Made by a program: the position numbers and the translations under genes
Shown here: one piece after another, positions 44,401-55,039 of the stretch
Layout: every line of letters begins with the position of its first letter
Position numbering within the stretch: the first letter of the stretch is position 1
The notes under the pieces: model-generated
Seen by the model: only the letters and a program-made list of their open reading frames with translations
What the model was told of the DNA's origin: nothing
Database searches by the model: none
Assembly: GCA_964019425.1 (NCBI GenBank)
Contig: OZ025788.1
Coordinates: 1,240,001 to 1,304,000, forward strand
Direction of reading: 5' to 3'
DNA length: 64,000 nt
DNA from: Flectonema sp. DT1601
Taxonomy: Eukaryota

Positions 44401-47400
44401 CTTTTTGGGCGTCTTCAAGATATTCACACGGAGAAAAAAGATCTCGATTTGCAGAAAGTAAAGAAGGATTACGACATGGATCTTACGGAGTTGATATTGT
44501 TCAACTTCATGATAAACAAAAACAAGAAGTTTGTGGTTTAGCTGAAGGTTTAAAACTTTGGAGAACACCTGCTGGTTCAGCTTGGAACTCAGATTCTATA
44601 TCTGATTTGGTTTCTGATTGCAATTCATTCGTCCCATCTCGACCAACGTTCCCCGTTAATACAACACTTCCTTTATATATTCACACCTCATCAGTTTATC
44701 ACAGAGTCGTGTGGGCTGCTTGGAAATGTCAGCCTGACCAAATTATTGCAAGTTGGTGGACGACGATATCTCTTGATGCCTCTGAGGCAATGGAACATGC
44801 TTATAAAACAAAGTTCAGTCAAGATGGTACTAAGGGTTCTACCTTTGATCTGCCTATTAAAGCTAGAGAAGAATTAGCCAGAGTGTTTACTACTATTGTA
44901 GGTGACGTACCTGAGCAGTTGCAATTGTTAAAAACTAATTTAGGAATAAGTGGATTTGGTTGTCCCGGAAGTGATGTTCGAATCTTGAGATATTGTTCAG
45001 CTGATTTAGAAACGATGAGTATGAATTCTTCAGTTTGTTGGATACCTGCTCCTAGCACTGCTTTTTCTGATGTATCGCCTTTCGCAATTGATGATAAATT
45101 ACCTGCGTCGTCAATAGTTGAGTTCTTATACTCTCGTCAGCCTACTGACAAACTAAACGGAGTTGATAATTGCCCCTGGAAAGCCTGGTGTGCAACCCCA
45201 GCTAGATTTCAAGACCTATCTGCGAAGTGTGCTAAGAAACAAAATCCTCACAGAATAGACGATGGCTTATTTACTGAATTTAAAATGGAACGAGATGGTC
45301 TTTTAAAGCGTTCTCGATCTCACCAATGCAGCCAAAGTGACTACGGTGTTAGTACTGAAGAAGCAGAGATTATATCTGAGGTGTTGAAAGCGACTGCGTC
45401 AAAAATAGAGGACGATCAAAAGAGTCCTGAAACCATACAACAAATGCTTGGATTACAATGGCTTACTGTAGAACCACCTGGTAAACCAAAAGTTAGAATC
45501 TTATTGTGTCTATCAACATCCCCGAGAATTATGGCTATAAAACAAGATGGTGTTATTCATACTGCTGAACTATACAGAGTTTGCTTTCCTTGGGGACCAA
45601 TGCCTGCTGACTACCTGGGAATGACTATATCAAACTGGCAATCAAAAGAAACAAGTGTCAAGTTAGACATTAAAGCTGTTGAGAGTAATGCCGTTCGAGG
45701 TATCAGTGGTGTTTATGAAATGCTTGAAAGAAGAAAGAAATGGATCGCTCACAGTCATACTCCTTTAGGAAGCTCTGCAGATATTGCACAAAGTGTTGAC
45801 GGAACTACTTCATTACCTGACGGAAGTCTTCGTGCTTTTGGTGAGTCAGATGAGGAGTTCAGAAAAGCAGATCAACCTCATTTTATAGCCCGTTGGTTGG
45901 AAGATCGTCGACTATGGTTTGTAGGTCGTAATTACATATCAAACGCTGATGTTAAAATCCAATACGGTACTTACATGATTGATTTTGTTAAACCATTATA
46001 CGGAAGTGTTGAGAGAGCTCTTCGATCACTAAAAAATGAAAATGATCCCCCAGCTCTCTACCGAGTTGGTGCCGTCAACAGTGAGGAGACAGCAATTGTC
46101 TGGAGGTCAATGGCTCCAGCGTCAGAGTCGAAGACTATCGTGAGTAGTATATTTTCAGGACAAGCTCAACAGCCGATTATAAAGATCAGATCTCGATCAG
46201 CTAAGAGGATTACTCAATTCACAAGATTCAGTAGAGAGAGAGAATGGGCTATTCCTCCTGGATCCGTATTTGAGATTCAACGAAACTCAGGTAGGGAAGC
46301 TGAAACTGATTTGTGTCTCGTCGAAGTAGAAGAAATCAAAGGTCTCATATTATACATAACTGATTGGTTAAAACAATTAGTAGGAGATAATCACAGTAGT
46401 AACATCTCTCAAACACTAATTAAGATGAGACAAGATCTTAACCCTCAGGTACCTGAGAATCTCGGAGTTGCGATGGAGAGTTTACTTTCTAACTTGTCTT
46501 CTGACAAACCTCTAATCACAGCTGATCGAGGTATGGAGATCGCTAGAAACATTGTGAGTTTAGCTGAAAAAAATGGTGGTGGAAAAAAAGACACAAAAGT
46601 TCAAGATGTCATAAACAAAGCTCTCCATGAAGCAGCAGAAGACGGCTACGCCTCTTGTATAGAACCTCTCCTATCACTTGGAGCAAAAGCCGACAAAGCA
46701 ATCGGAAGCAAACGACCACTTGAAAAAGCTATTCTACGAGGCCACAGTGAAGCTACTAAATCACTACTTAGCTACTTAGAGAGAAAATCACGTCAAACCA
46801 GAGAACAAATCTTAGATGGGATGATGACTAAACACGCTAGGGAGGGTAATGAGTTAGCAGTATTGCTTTTATTTAACCTCGGCAAGTCAATAAATACTCC
46901 CGACGCTCACGGTAAACTACCAATCCAATATGCAGACGACAACAACAGAAAATACGTCGTCCACTTGATAAAGAGATTGAATGAAGACGGAAGAGTTAAG
47001 ATTCCTGAATCTCTGAGTGAGAAATATCATGAACCTTATGTGACGGTACTTGCTCAGGCTTTTAAAGATAGTAAAGTTCCTGCAGCGGATGCTTTGCTGA
47101 GAAAGATAACTGCAGCTGAACTCAGCGATGGTGAAAGCCATGGTGAAAGAGGTAAAGAATGTTGTCTTCATCATGCGGCATCAAGAGGAGCGTTTAGTAC
47201 AAGAACAGGTCTTCGGGTAATGCACGATTTGATTGAAAAATCTAAAGCAACCATTAACTACGAAGACAAACTAAACATGACTCCCCTTCATCACGCTGTT
47301 GCTAATGATAATCATCCTGGTGCTCCTCAAGTTGTAAAACTTCTTTTAGAAGCGGGTTCAAATATATACGCTCGTGATCACATGGGAAGGTCTCCTATTT

Positions 47401-49678
47401 ATGTCAAACTTGAAGTATCTGACTCAGTTAAGAAAGTATACGATCACCATTTTAGGAAAAAACTGGACGAAGCAGAAGAACGCTACGTAAAGATGAGACC
47501 AAGAACTAGAGACAAACTAAAAGATATTGCTGAGAGCTTAGCTACCTTTTCTACTAACAGAGGACGTAAGAGAATAGATAAGACGACATTAATGTTAGTA
47601 GGTCCTCATACTAATACTAATGTTGGAAATACTCATGAGAATTGGGATCAATGTAGTCATGGTCGTAAAGTTGAAATAGTAAAAACATTTATGAACGGAC
47701 AAGACTTTATTACTTTAGAACAGTTTCGATTATACTTTCTGATGTCAGGTCCTGAGGGTGAAGCAGAATCAAACTTAGACCTCCGACTTGAACGTTGGAC
47801 TTGGAGAATTAAAAACACAAAAGTTCCATCAGGCAATCGCGACAACAGCGGAACAAGCGCCAACAACGATGACGACGCTTCTCTCAGTGATGAAGGTGAT
47901 TGGATTGGTAATCGCATAATTGAAGGAACAATTAACACCAACGAATTCAACCCGTCACCATCTCTCTCAATAATTCAAATCGTTAGATGTGGTGTTGCAG
48001 TATGTATTTTATCCTTATCCTTATCTGTTTTTCTTTTTTTTTATATTTTCATTCAATAAATTCCATCACAGGCATTCATTCTGCTCTCTTATCCATACCT
48101 CGTTACTCCCGGTGCTGATGAGATCTTTGTTAAAATAATGACCTACGGCATAAATGTAGTAATTGACATAGTGCTGACCTTGTGTCTGGTGTATAACTTT
48201 GTCCTTCCGGTATGTTTGTTTTTTGGTGTGATAAGACGACGGTTTATTAAAATCGGATTTCTTTATTTGTCCATCTTCAACTAAGGATACTGATGTGTAA
48301 TTTTAACAAAAAATAAAATAAAATAAAATAACAGCGAGGACAACGCCTCTCATTACCAAAGTCCTTTAATGATATTCGAAAGCTTCCTGTTAGTGTGACT
48401 GTTGATCTCGTGGCATTCATTCCTTTGCAATTGTTTGCTTTTACATATGGCACCACCTGGACTGATGGTTCTATTCTGAGATTCAATAAACTGATAACTT
48501 GTTATTATTTAATCTACACACCGATACCACTTAGATTTGTTAATAATGAGTTCGTTGCTACTTGTGTAAAATTATTCTTAGGAATGATCTACACGGTTTA
48601 TATCTGTGCCTGTTGTATGCTCGTAGTAGATGGAGATGTGTGTGCCTACGGAGCAAGTGGTACCGCATACACTGATGCAAGTTCAACAAAGAGAATGCTT
48701 GCTTGTATTCTGACGTCTGTTCGAGTCCTATTCCGTTTTGGAAGTCCGCTCTCAAACGACGTCGATAGCGGAGCATCAGCACTGCTACTTGCTATAAAAA
48801 TATTTGGTTGGCTTCTTCTTGCTGCGTTGTTTTCATCTGTTTCACACTTGATAACAACATATGACCTTCGTAAGAGAAATAGAAGAGAGAAGATTGACAA
48901 CGTGTTAGCATCCCTGAGTCACACTCAACCATTAATAAAGAATATTATTATGGAATATTATAAACTAATAGGAAACGTAACAGGATCAACAGAATTACTA
49001 AGCGTTGATCAAATATGCAAAGATCTCAATCCGCATTTGGCTTTGAAAGTTGCACAAGCAGTCGCAACCAGTCTCAGACAAAAGATTCAAGTGTTCGCAG
49101 ATGCTGATTACGATATTAAGTTTATTACAAGTCTTCTGACAAAGCATCTTAAACTACTTCTGGTTCCAGCCAGAACAATATTATTCCATCAGGGAGACGA
49201 TCCTGATAACATGTATTACATTGTCTCTGGACAAGTAGAAGTAAGTTGTGGTCCAAACGTTAAATTCTTTGTCGAAGCTGGTGAGTTCTTTGGAGAAATA
49301 GCCCTTTACAAAGATATTAAAAGGACAGCAACTTGTGTAGCTTCTCAGGATTGTCGATTATATTATCTTGAGAAGGGAGAAGGGTTCGACTCTGTGGCAA
49401 ACAACAAAGACTATCCTGACGCTCATGTTTATTTCACAAACATCATTGAGAGGAGATACGATCAACTAAAGAGTAAAACTGTTGACTTACCAAGAGATTC
49501 AATGCCTGACATGTCTATGGAGTCTGACCAAACAGAAGAATATCGCTCCGTCGGTAGCAGTCGACGAGGTGGAGGACGACGATCAGGAACTAGAAATCCT
49601 TTAGTAGCTGCAGATCGATTATCTGATTCAGTCACGACATTTACCGAGTCGGCAGTGTCTGGAAGTACTCTTGTGTAG
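41445..49678 (+). CDS. ~2,678-aa fusion of 2 x [WWE-like + ARTC-type ADP-ribosyltransferase + ankyrin repeats] with a cyclic-nucleotide-regulated-type 6TM channel, C-linker and cNMP-binding domain; exons 41445-47999, 48072-48209, 48335-49678
   Basis: Phase-0 introns GTATGT..CACAG (48000-48071) and GTATGT..AACAG (48210-48334) put all three segments in one frame. Exon 2 supplies S1-S2 (AFILLSYPYLV..INVVIDIVLTLCLVYNFVLP). Exon 3 has S3 VDLVAFIP, S4 ILRFNKL, the pore/S6 region, a C-linker and a CNBD (LFHQGD..MYYIVSGQVEV..FFGEIAL..RTAT). ART motifs are YRG, SSS and ELE. Confidence 0.82.
42990..43640 (+). other. ADP-ribosyltransferase domain 1 (R-S-E / ARTC class, catalytic motifs intact)
   Basis: YHLLNATMR helix, LETALRSIP, SYRGL (43392), WGAYSSSS (43467), and ISPWSRFARELEYLYPPNTCFHV with E-x-E at 43590-43598. 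Confidence 0.85.
45990..46285 (+). other. ADP-ribosyltransferase domain 2 (degenerate)
   Basis: VERALRSL, LYRV (46059), WRSMAPAS in place of S-T-S, and ITQFTRFSREREWAIPPGSVFEI with E-x-E at 46236-46244. Confidence 0.72.
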
Positions 49679-51896
49679 AATTAATTCTTACTTGCGGCTG
49701 GAAACTTGTTCCACTGACTCAACAGTCAGTTGTTTCTATGAGTTTCAAAAAACTAACAAAAAAAAAAAAAAAAAATACCTGTTTCCCCTCCTAATCCCTA
49801 CTCATTGGTTCTTTTTGTTTATTTTGATTTGGTTTGATTTGATATGTTTGTCTGGTGCGTTGCTATGTTGGAAAAAAAAAAAAAAAAAAAAAAAAATCCC
49901 CTAAATATGTTTCAGTTTTAGTCATTATTTGCTGCCGACGATGTAGTCTTTCGCTTTTTTTTGAACTTACGTATCTATTGTTTGATGGAAAGAGAATTGC
50001 GGCATAACCTACCTATTCCTTTATTAGGATTTTGTACCAGTTGCGCACAAAGTGAAGTTGGCCGTTTCTCTTTTATTTACGTGTTTTGAAAAGGAAAGGG
50101 CAATTTTTTTTTTTTTTTTTGTTACATTTTTCCCTACAAAAAAAATAAAAAAAAGTTGCGAACTTTTTCTCTGAGTGCGTTCCTTCCCCGGGTAATCTCT
50201 GGGCGCGAAATCTTTTTTTTCCTCACTTTTTCCCCCTTCCTCATTAAGGTTTCATAAAGAGAAGAGAGAGGGAAAATGTTGAGCAGTACACGTAATATTC
50301 TTTTGAGCTTCTTTTTTCGCAAGCATTTATTTCCACCAGTTTACGGCTTTTGTACAACAACAAAAACATGGCTGTTAGGTTCACAATTGAGCTAATTTTT
50401 TTAATTTCTTTTTTTTTAGCCTAGTTACGCACGAACAAAAAATTAAGTGTGAATTATTGGTGCCTTTTTTTAAATTTTTTTTTTTTTTAATACTTTTTAT
50501 TTTGGTATTTTTATTATCTTGAAAAATTTTCAAAATAATAAAAAATATTAATACTCAATAAGTTATTATTATTATCGTGTTTTACTAACCACGTAGCGAA
50601 TCAGCTTTGTTGGTGGAATAAAAATATTTAAAAAAAAAAAAAAAAAAAGCAACAGGAAAAACATTTAGTTTAAGAACAATAAGTCTTCTCATTCGTTTTC
50701 AATGCAATTGATCTTACTTTTATGTATTTAAGGTTTCTTATTTTATAACCAAATAATATAGTGATCGTAGACTCTTTTTATCCATCTGGACAGCTGCTGG
50801 TTTTTTGCATTTTTTTTTTTTTTTTTGTGATATTATTATTCCCCCCTTTTTTTTTCTTTCTTCCTGTCTCAGTTGATGGTGTAGGTGCCCTCTTTCACTT
50901 CTTTTTTTTCGTTATTACTCTAATCGTTTTTGTTTATTTATTTTTTTTTTGATTGACTGCTTGCCCTACAACCGTCGATGAAGGTATCAGGGTAAATCTG
51001 GCACACCGTAAACTCGGTTAGTAGCCCCCCTTCTTCTGTCACAGATGGATGCGCTGTGGGGGAACACGGTGGAACAAAAAAAAAAAAAAAAAAAAAAAAA
51101 AAATTCTTTTACCCCATTTCGGCTATAGCCTGCAAGAATTTCGCCTTGTTTTTTTTTTTTTTTGCACGAAAGGTCATCAGTCATATATAAAGAAAATTGG
51201 ACAAGGGAATGAATGAACTCCTTTCGTTTTTTGTTTTTTTGTTTCTTTTTTTTTTTTTCCCCCATTCTTTTTCTTACCTACCGCGATTACGAAGCAGGCC
51301 CATTTTCTGTTGTTTGGGTTTTCCGCACATAGTCGAGATTTTTTTCGTCATGGTTTCTTGTTGCTTCACTTCTACACCTACTTTATAAACCCCCTGGCCG
51401 TATAATTTGAGTCTTATTACTTACAGTGCGTCTAAAGGTAGCACACGCTGAAAGAACATTTCGGTAACTTTGCTATCGATTTCTGGTCAGTGATGGCTAA
51501 GAATGAAATAATCAGATTGTATGTTGTGGTGAGCGATGAACTTTTTCACGCATCCTCTGGCTCTTACTGACACAATCCTGAAGAGAGAAAAGAAATCGAA
51601 GACCTGATAAGGTTTCTTTATTAAAATAAAGTGTGAATTCGTTCCTTAATTCGGTCACTCTTTTCTTTGTTCTTACCTTTTCAGGTGTTTCCTTCCATAA
51701 CTGAGGAATACCGTATTTAAGAGATAAGTTTGACTGAAGAGGTGTTTTGAAGAATTCGGTGAAAATAAATCTGGAAAGAAGGAGAGGGGAAAAAAAAGTA
51801 AAATGAAAGAAAGAATGAAGAACGGACAAACTCCCCAACACCTGCCTCTACCCACAGCTTGCGTTATTTAAAAAAAAAAAAAAAGAAGAAGTTCAG

Positions 51897-52260
51897 GTTA
51901 TGTTTGCTTACATCAGCTAAGGTGTTGTTTTGTTGTTTCTTTTTCTTATTTTTAAAACGTCTTCTCCGCCCCAGAAATATTGAATTATATGAAAAACGCG
52001 GTCTACGTAAAAATCCAGGATAAGATGAACCCCTTTAGCTACCACACTTTTACACAATATTGATAACAGGTTGATACTAGAATAGAGGTAAGAAGTTGAC
52101 CTTGTTAACTTTGATACAATACTTGTATTTTAGTATCCTCAAAACAGCTATTCTGAATTGAAGTTAAACCTTTTGTAGTGACGCTTGTCAGTTTAATCCT
52201 TTTTACTTATCTTTGTAGTGTTTTTAAACCTTTATTAGTTTTCGTCACTCCCTCCTTCAG
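51897..52260 (+). other. Putative 5'-UTR introns (51897-52069, 52088-52260) flanking an 18-nt non-coding micro-exon upstream of the TBC1D23-like gene
   Basis: CAG|GTTATG..ATAACAG|GTTGATACTAGAATAGAG|GTAAGA..CCTTCAG| then 12 nt to the ATG. The splice signals resemble those of the coding introns, but there is no transcript evidence. Confidence 0.4.
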
Positions 52261-52272
52261 CCACAATAAAAT

Positions 52273-54518
52273 ATGACTGACTCTGGACAAGAATTGATAT
52301 CAACTATATCGGAAGGTGATGATGATAAGTTGAAAGAACTGGTGGTGTCAAAGGGAAGTTGTACTTCTGACTCCAGATTACGAGTTTGGTGTTACATGCT
52401 TTCAGTAAACGAAGATGAAAGAGAACTTCCAAGACCAGATGATAACAACACGATGTCAACTGATATCGAATTAATGTTGGGATCAATTCCAAAATCGAAT
52501 CTCACTAAAGATGATGTTATGTCTATTGTGTCTGACTTGTGTACTCACACACAAACAAAGTACAAATCTGAAATTCTTGATTTGTGTTGTCCGCTAACTA
52601 CACTCGAAGGAATAACACCATCATTATGTAGTTCTGTACTACGAGCCATAACGAAACATTATAGTCCTCTGTTGTTTTTATCTGATGAGAGTGTTAATAT
52701 ATATGTTTTACTATTTAGATTATTATTGCAGTATCACGATGCAGGGTTATCGTCTCACCTTGATCGTAACAAAGCAAATTTCAGCATCGTTACAACCTGG
52801 TTGAAATCTCTTTATGTTGACCAGTTGGGGTTAGAGAGTGTTCATCCTCTTTGGGATCTAATTATCGCCTCTGGTGATGCGTTGTTGCCGACGTATGTTG
52901 GTATTGCTGTTCTTGTTATGCAAAGGGAAAGACTTTTAGAAAGTAAAGGAGAAGAAAATATTTGTTCACAACTTTCTCAAATTCCGATAACATCGTCGGT
53001 TGAGAACCTAAAAGAGATTTATAACAAAGCGTTAGCAGTGAAAATGGCGACTCCTCCCTCAGTAAATATGATCCTCGCAAGACTGTTTTCACCTCAAGCT
53101 GATAATAGTGACTTGATAGAATCTATTCCAAAGTTAGTAGCCTTACCTATTGAAACAGAAGAGTTGATTAGTGCTTTTAGAAAAGATTTGCATACTAAAC
53201 AAGATAGAGATCAGCAACCCATCAAATTCATGGTTCTCGACTGCCGTGCTCAGAAATCTTTTAATTTTGCGAGTCTACCAACTGCCGTGCACGTCGGTCC
53301 TGATGTTGGCTACGAACCTGACAAAATGAAAGCCGTTCTCGATCGCTTTGAAGGTGCCCGAGGATCACATTTTTGTTTACTTGGAACTGGAAGAGGGATT
53401 GGAGCAGAACAAAACCTTTTAAACGTGATAGCTCTGAGATTTATATCAAAAGAATTTAATCATATTGGAATTACAATGGAAGGATTTAAAGGTATTATTC
53501 CATTCTTAAAAGCTGACACCATCGAGTACGTGAAACAAGCACCTGATGAGGCACCATCTCAACCCTCACTTCATGATACTACTGATACAGGTGAGAAGAT
53601 TATGCTTTCACTTAAGGAACAAATGAAGGATATCGATACTGCTGCTTTAAAGAAAACTGCTGCTGAGAAGGCTGAAAAAGTAAAAAGTTGGGGTCGTGGA
53701 TTTCTCTCAAAATGGTCGAAGGATAAACCTTCTGAGGCTAAGCCTACTACTGCAGCCCCTGCAACACTCGCAGAGCCATCGAGTCCATCAAAGTCCTCAT
53801 CCAAACAAAAGGAAAGTGTGACGAAGGACAAAGAAAAGGAAAAGGAGAAAGACAAAGACAAGACTAACGTCCGCGGCATGTTCAGCGTTTTTAAGAAAAA
53901 TGAAGCCGGTGGGGAAAAGTCGGAGAAACCTTCTCCAAAGACGAGCCCCTCGTCAAAGGATAAAGAGACTCATGAGGTATGTGTTATTTCTGTTTTTATT
54001 TATTTATCGTTTTGTTGTTTTATTTTCTACAAAAAATCAAACAGGACCCAGCCCAGGCGTTCGCTCTCATGGCTGACGGCAGCGGCTCTGATGACGATGA
54101 CATTGCACTGATTGGTCATCCGAGAACGAGGTATGAATGTTATATTTATAGTAACGTATAATTGGTTAATAACTCTGATTAGAAAATAAACAACCAACAC
54201 CACCACAGTGAGACTAAGAAAGAATCTACAGAGTTGAATGATGAAAAGACTAAAGCAGAAGAAGAAAAGAAGACAACTGAAGAAGACGTCGTTGAGGATT
54301 TTGATTTTGATGCTGAGTTGGTATCAGCAGTGTCTCCTGCAGCTGATTCGAAGAAGGAAACATCTTCAACTGAAGTGAAGAGTGAAGAACCAAAGAAATC
54401 TGTCGACATCTTTGCTGATGATTTCGATATTGACGACATTGAGTTACCTGACCAATCATCAAGTGCTGCTTTAGTTATTGATGACCTTGACGATGATCTT
54501 GACGACTTGTTTAAGTAA
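52273..54518 (+). CDS. TBC1D23: TBC1D23-like protein (TBC domain + rhodanese-like domain + charged low-complexity tail), ~699 aa; exons 52273-53976, 54045-54130, 54209-54518
   Basis: TBC motifs RLRVWCYML, LFRLLLQYHDAGLSSHLD and LWD. Rhodanese-like motifs FMVLDCRAQKSFNFASLPTAVH and GSHFCLLGTG. Introns GTATGT..AACAG (phase 0) and GTATGA..CACAG (phase 2) give 2,100 nt in frame. Confidence 0.8.
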
Positions 54519-55039
54519 TCAATTTAATAATCCTTGTCCTGGTACTACTGTTTATTTATTCCGGCATTTATGTTTGCTTCTAACTTCTTCTGTAGTGTAT
54601 TATATGTTATGTGCTATGATTCTTTTTTTTGTAGCCCCCCTACTCCTTTCCCTACTCGTTCGCTTATTGCATTAAAAATGTGTTCCTGTTTTGACTGGCT
54701 TCGTTGGTTGAGGAAAAAAATGGTCGTCTTTTCTGTATTTTTTCTCTTTTCTTCTTCTTCTTCTTGTTTTTTTTTTTTCAACGAGATTTTGCAACAGTGA
54801 CGGTGGCAAAGTCACCGGGAGAAAAAAAAAAAAAGAAAAAAAAGGGCTGGCTGTGTTCTTTTAGTTCCTTTATGACGGGATAGCCACATTGAGAAAAAGA
54901 AAAAAAAAAGCTGAGGGCACTATAAAAACTTAAAGGACAACTTGTTTTCCCCTCAATCAGCTTAAAACTGTGTTCATTCATTATCATTATCGTTGTATTC
55001 TATTTTTTTTCCCCTTTCATCAGCCATTTTCTTTACAAA

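Noticed and set aside
47545..47740. Degenerate EF-hand pair before the channel domain (…FMNGQDFITLEQFRLYF)
   Set aside because: Only the exiting half of the motif matches and the Ca2+ ligands are missing, so it is too weak to call.
48000..48059. Hydrophobic C-terminus (VCILSLSLSVFLFFYIFIQ) of the 2,204-aa ORF as a tail anchor
   Set aside because: It is read-through into a T-rich intron starting GTATGT at 48000. The same applies to ORF tails after 34186 and 53976.
49671..51855. Short F/K-rich ORFs in spacers (also 33036-33292, 35042-35347, 54478-54987, 63105-63955)
   Set aside because: They are translations of poly-T/poly-A low-complexity intergenic DNA.
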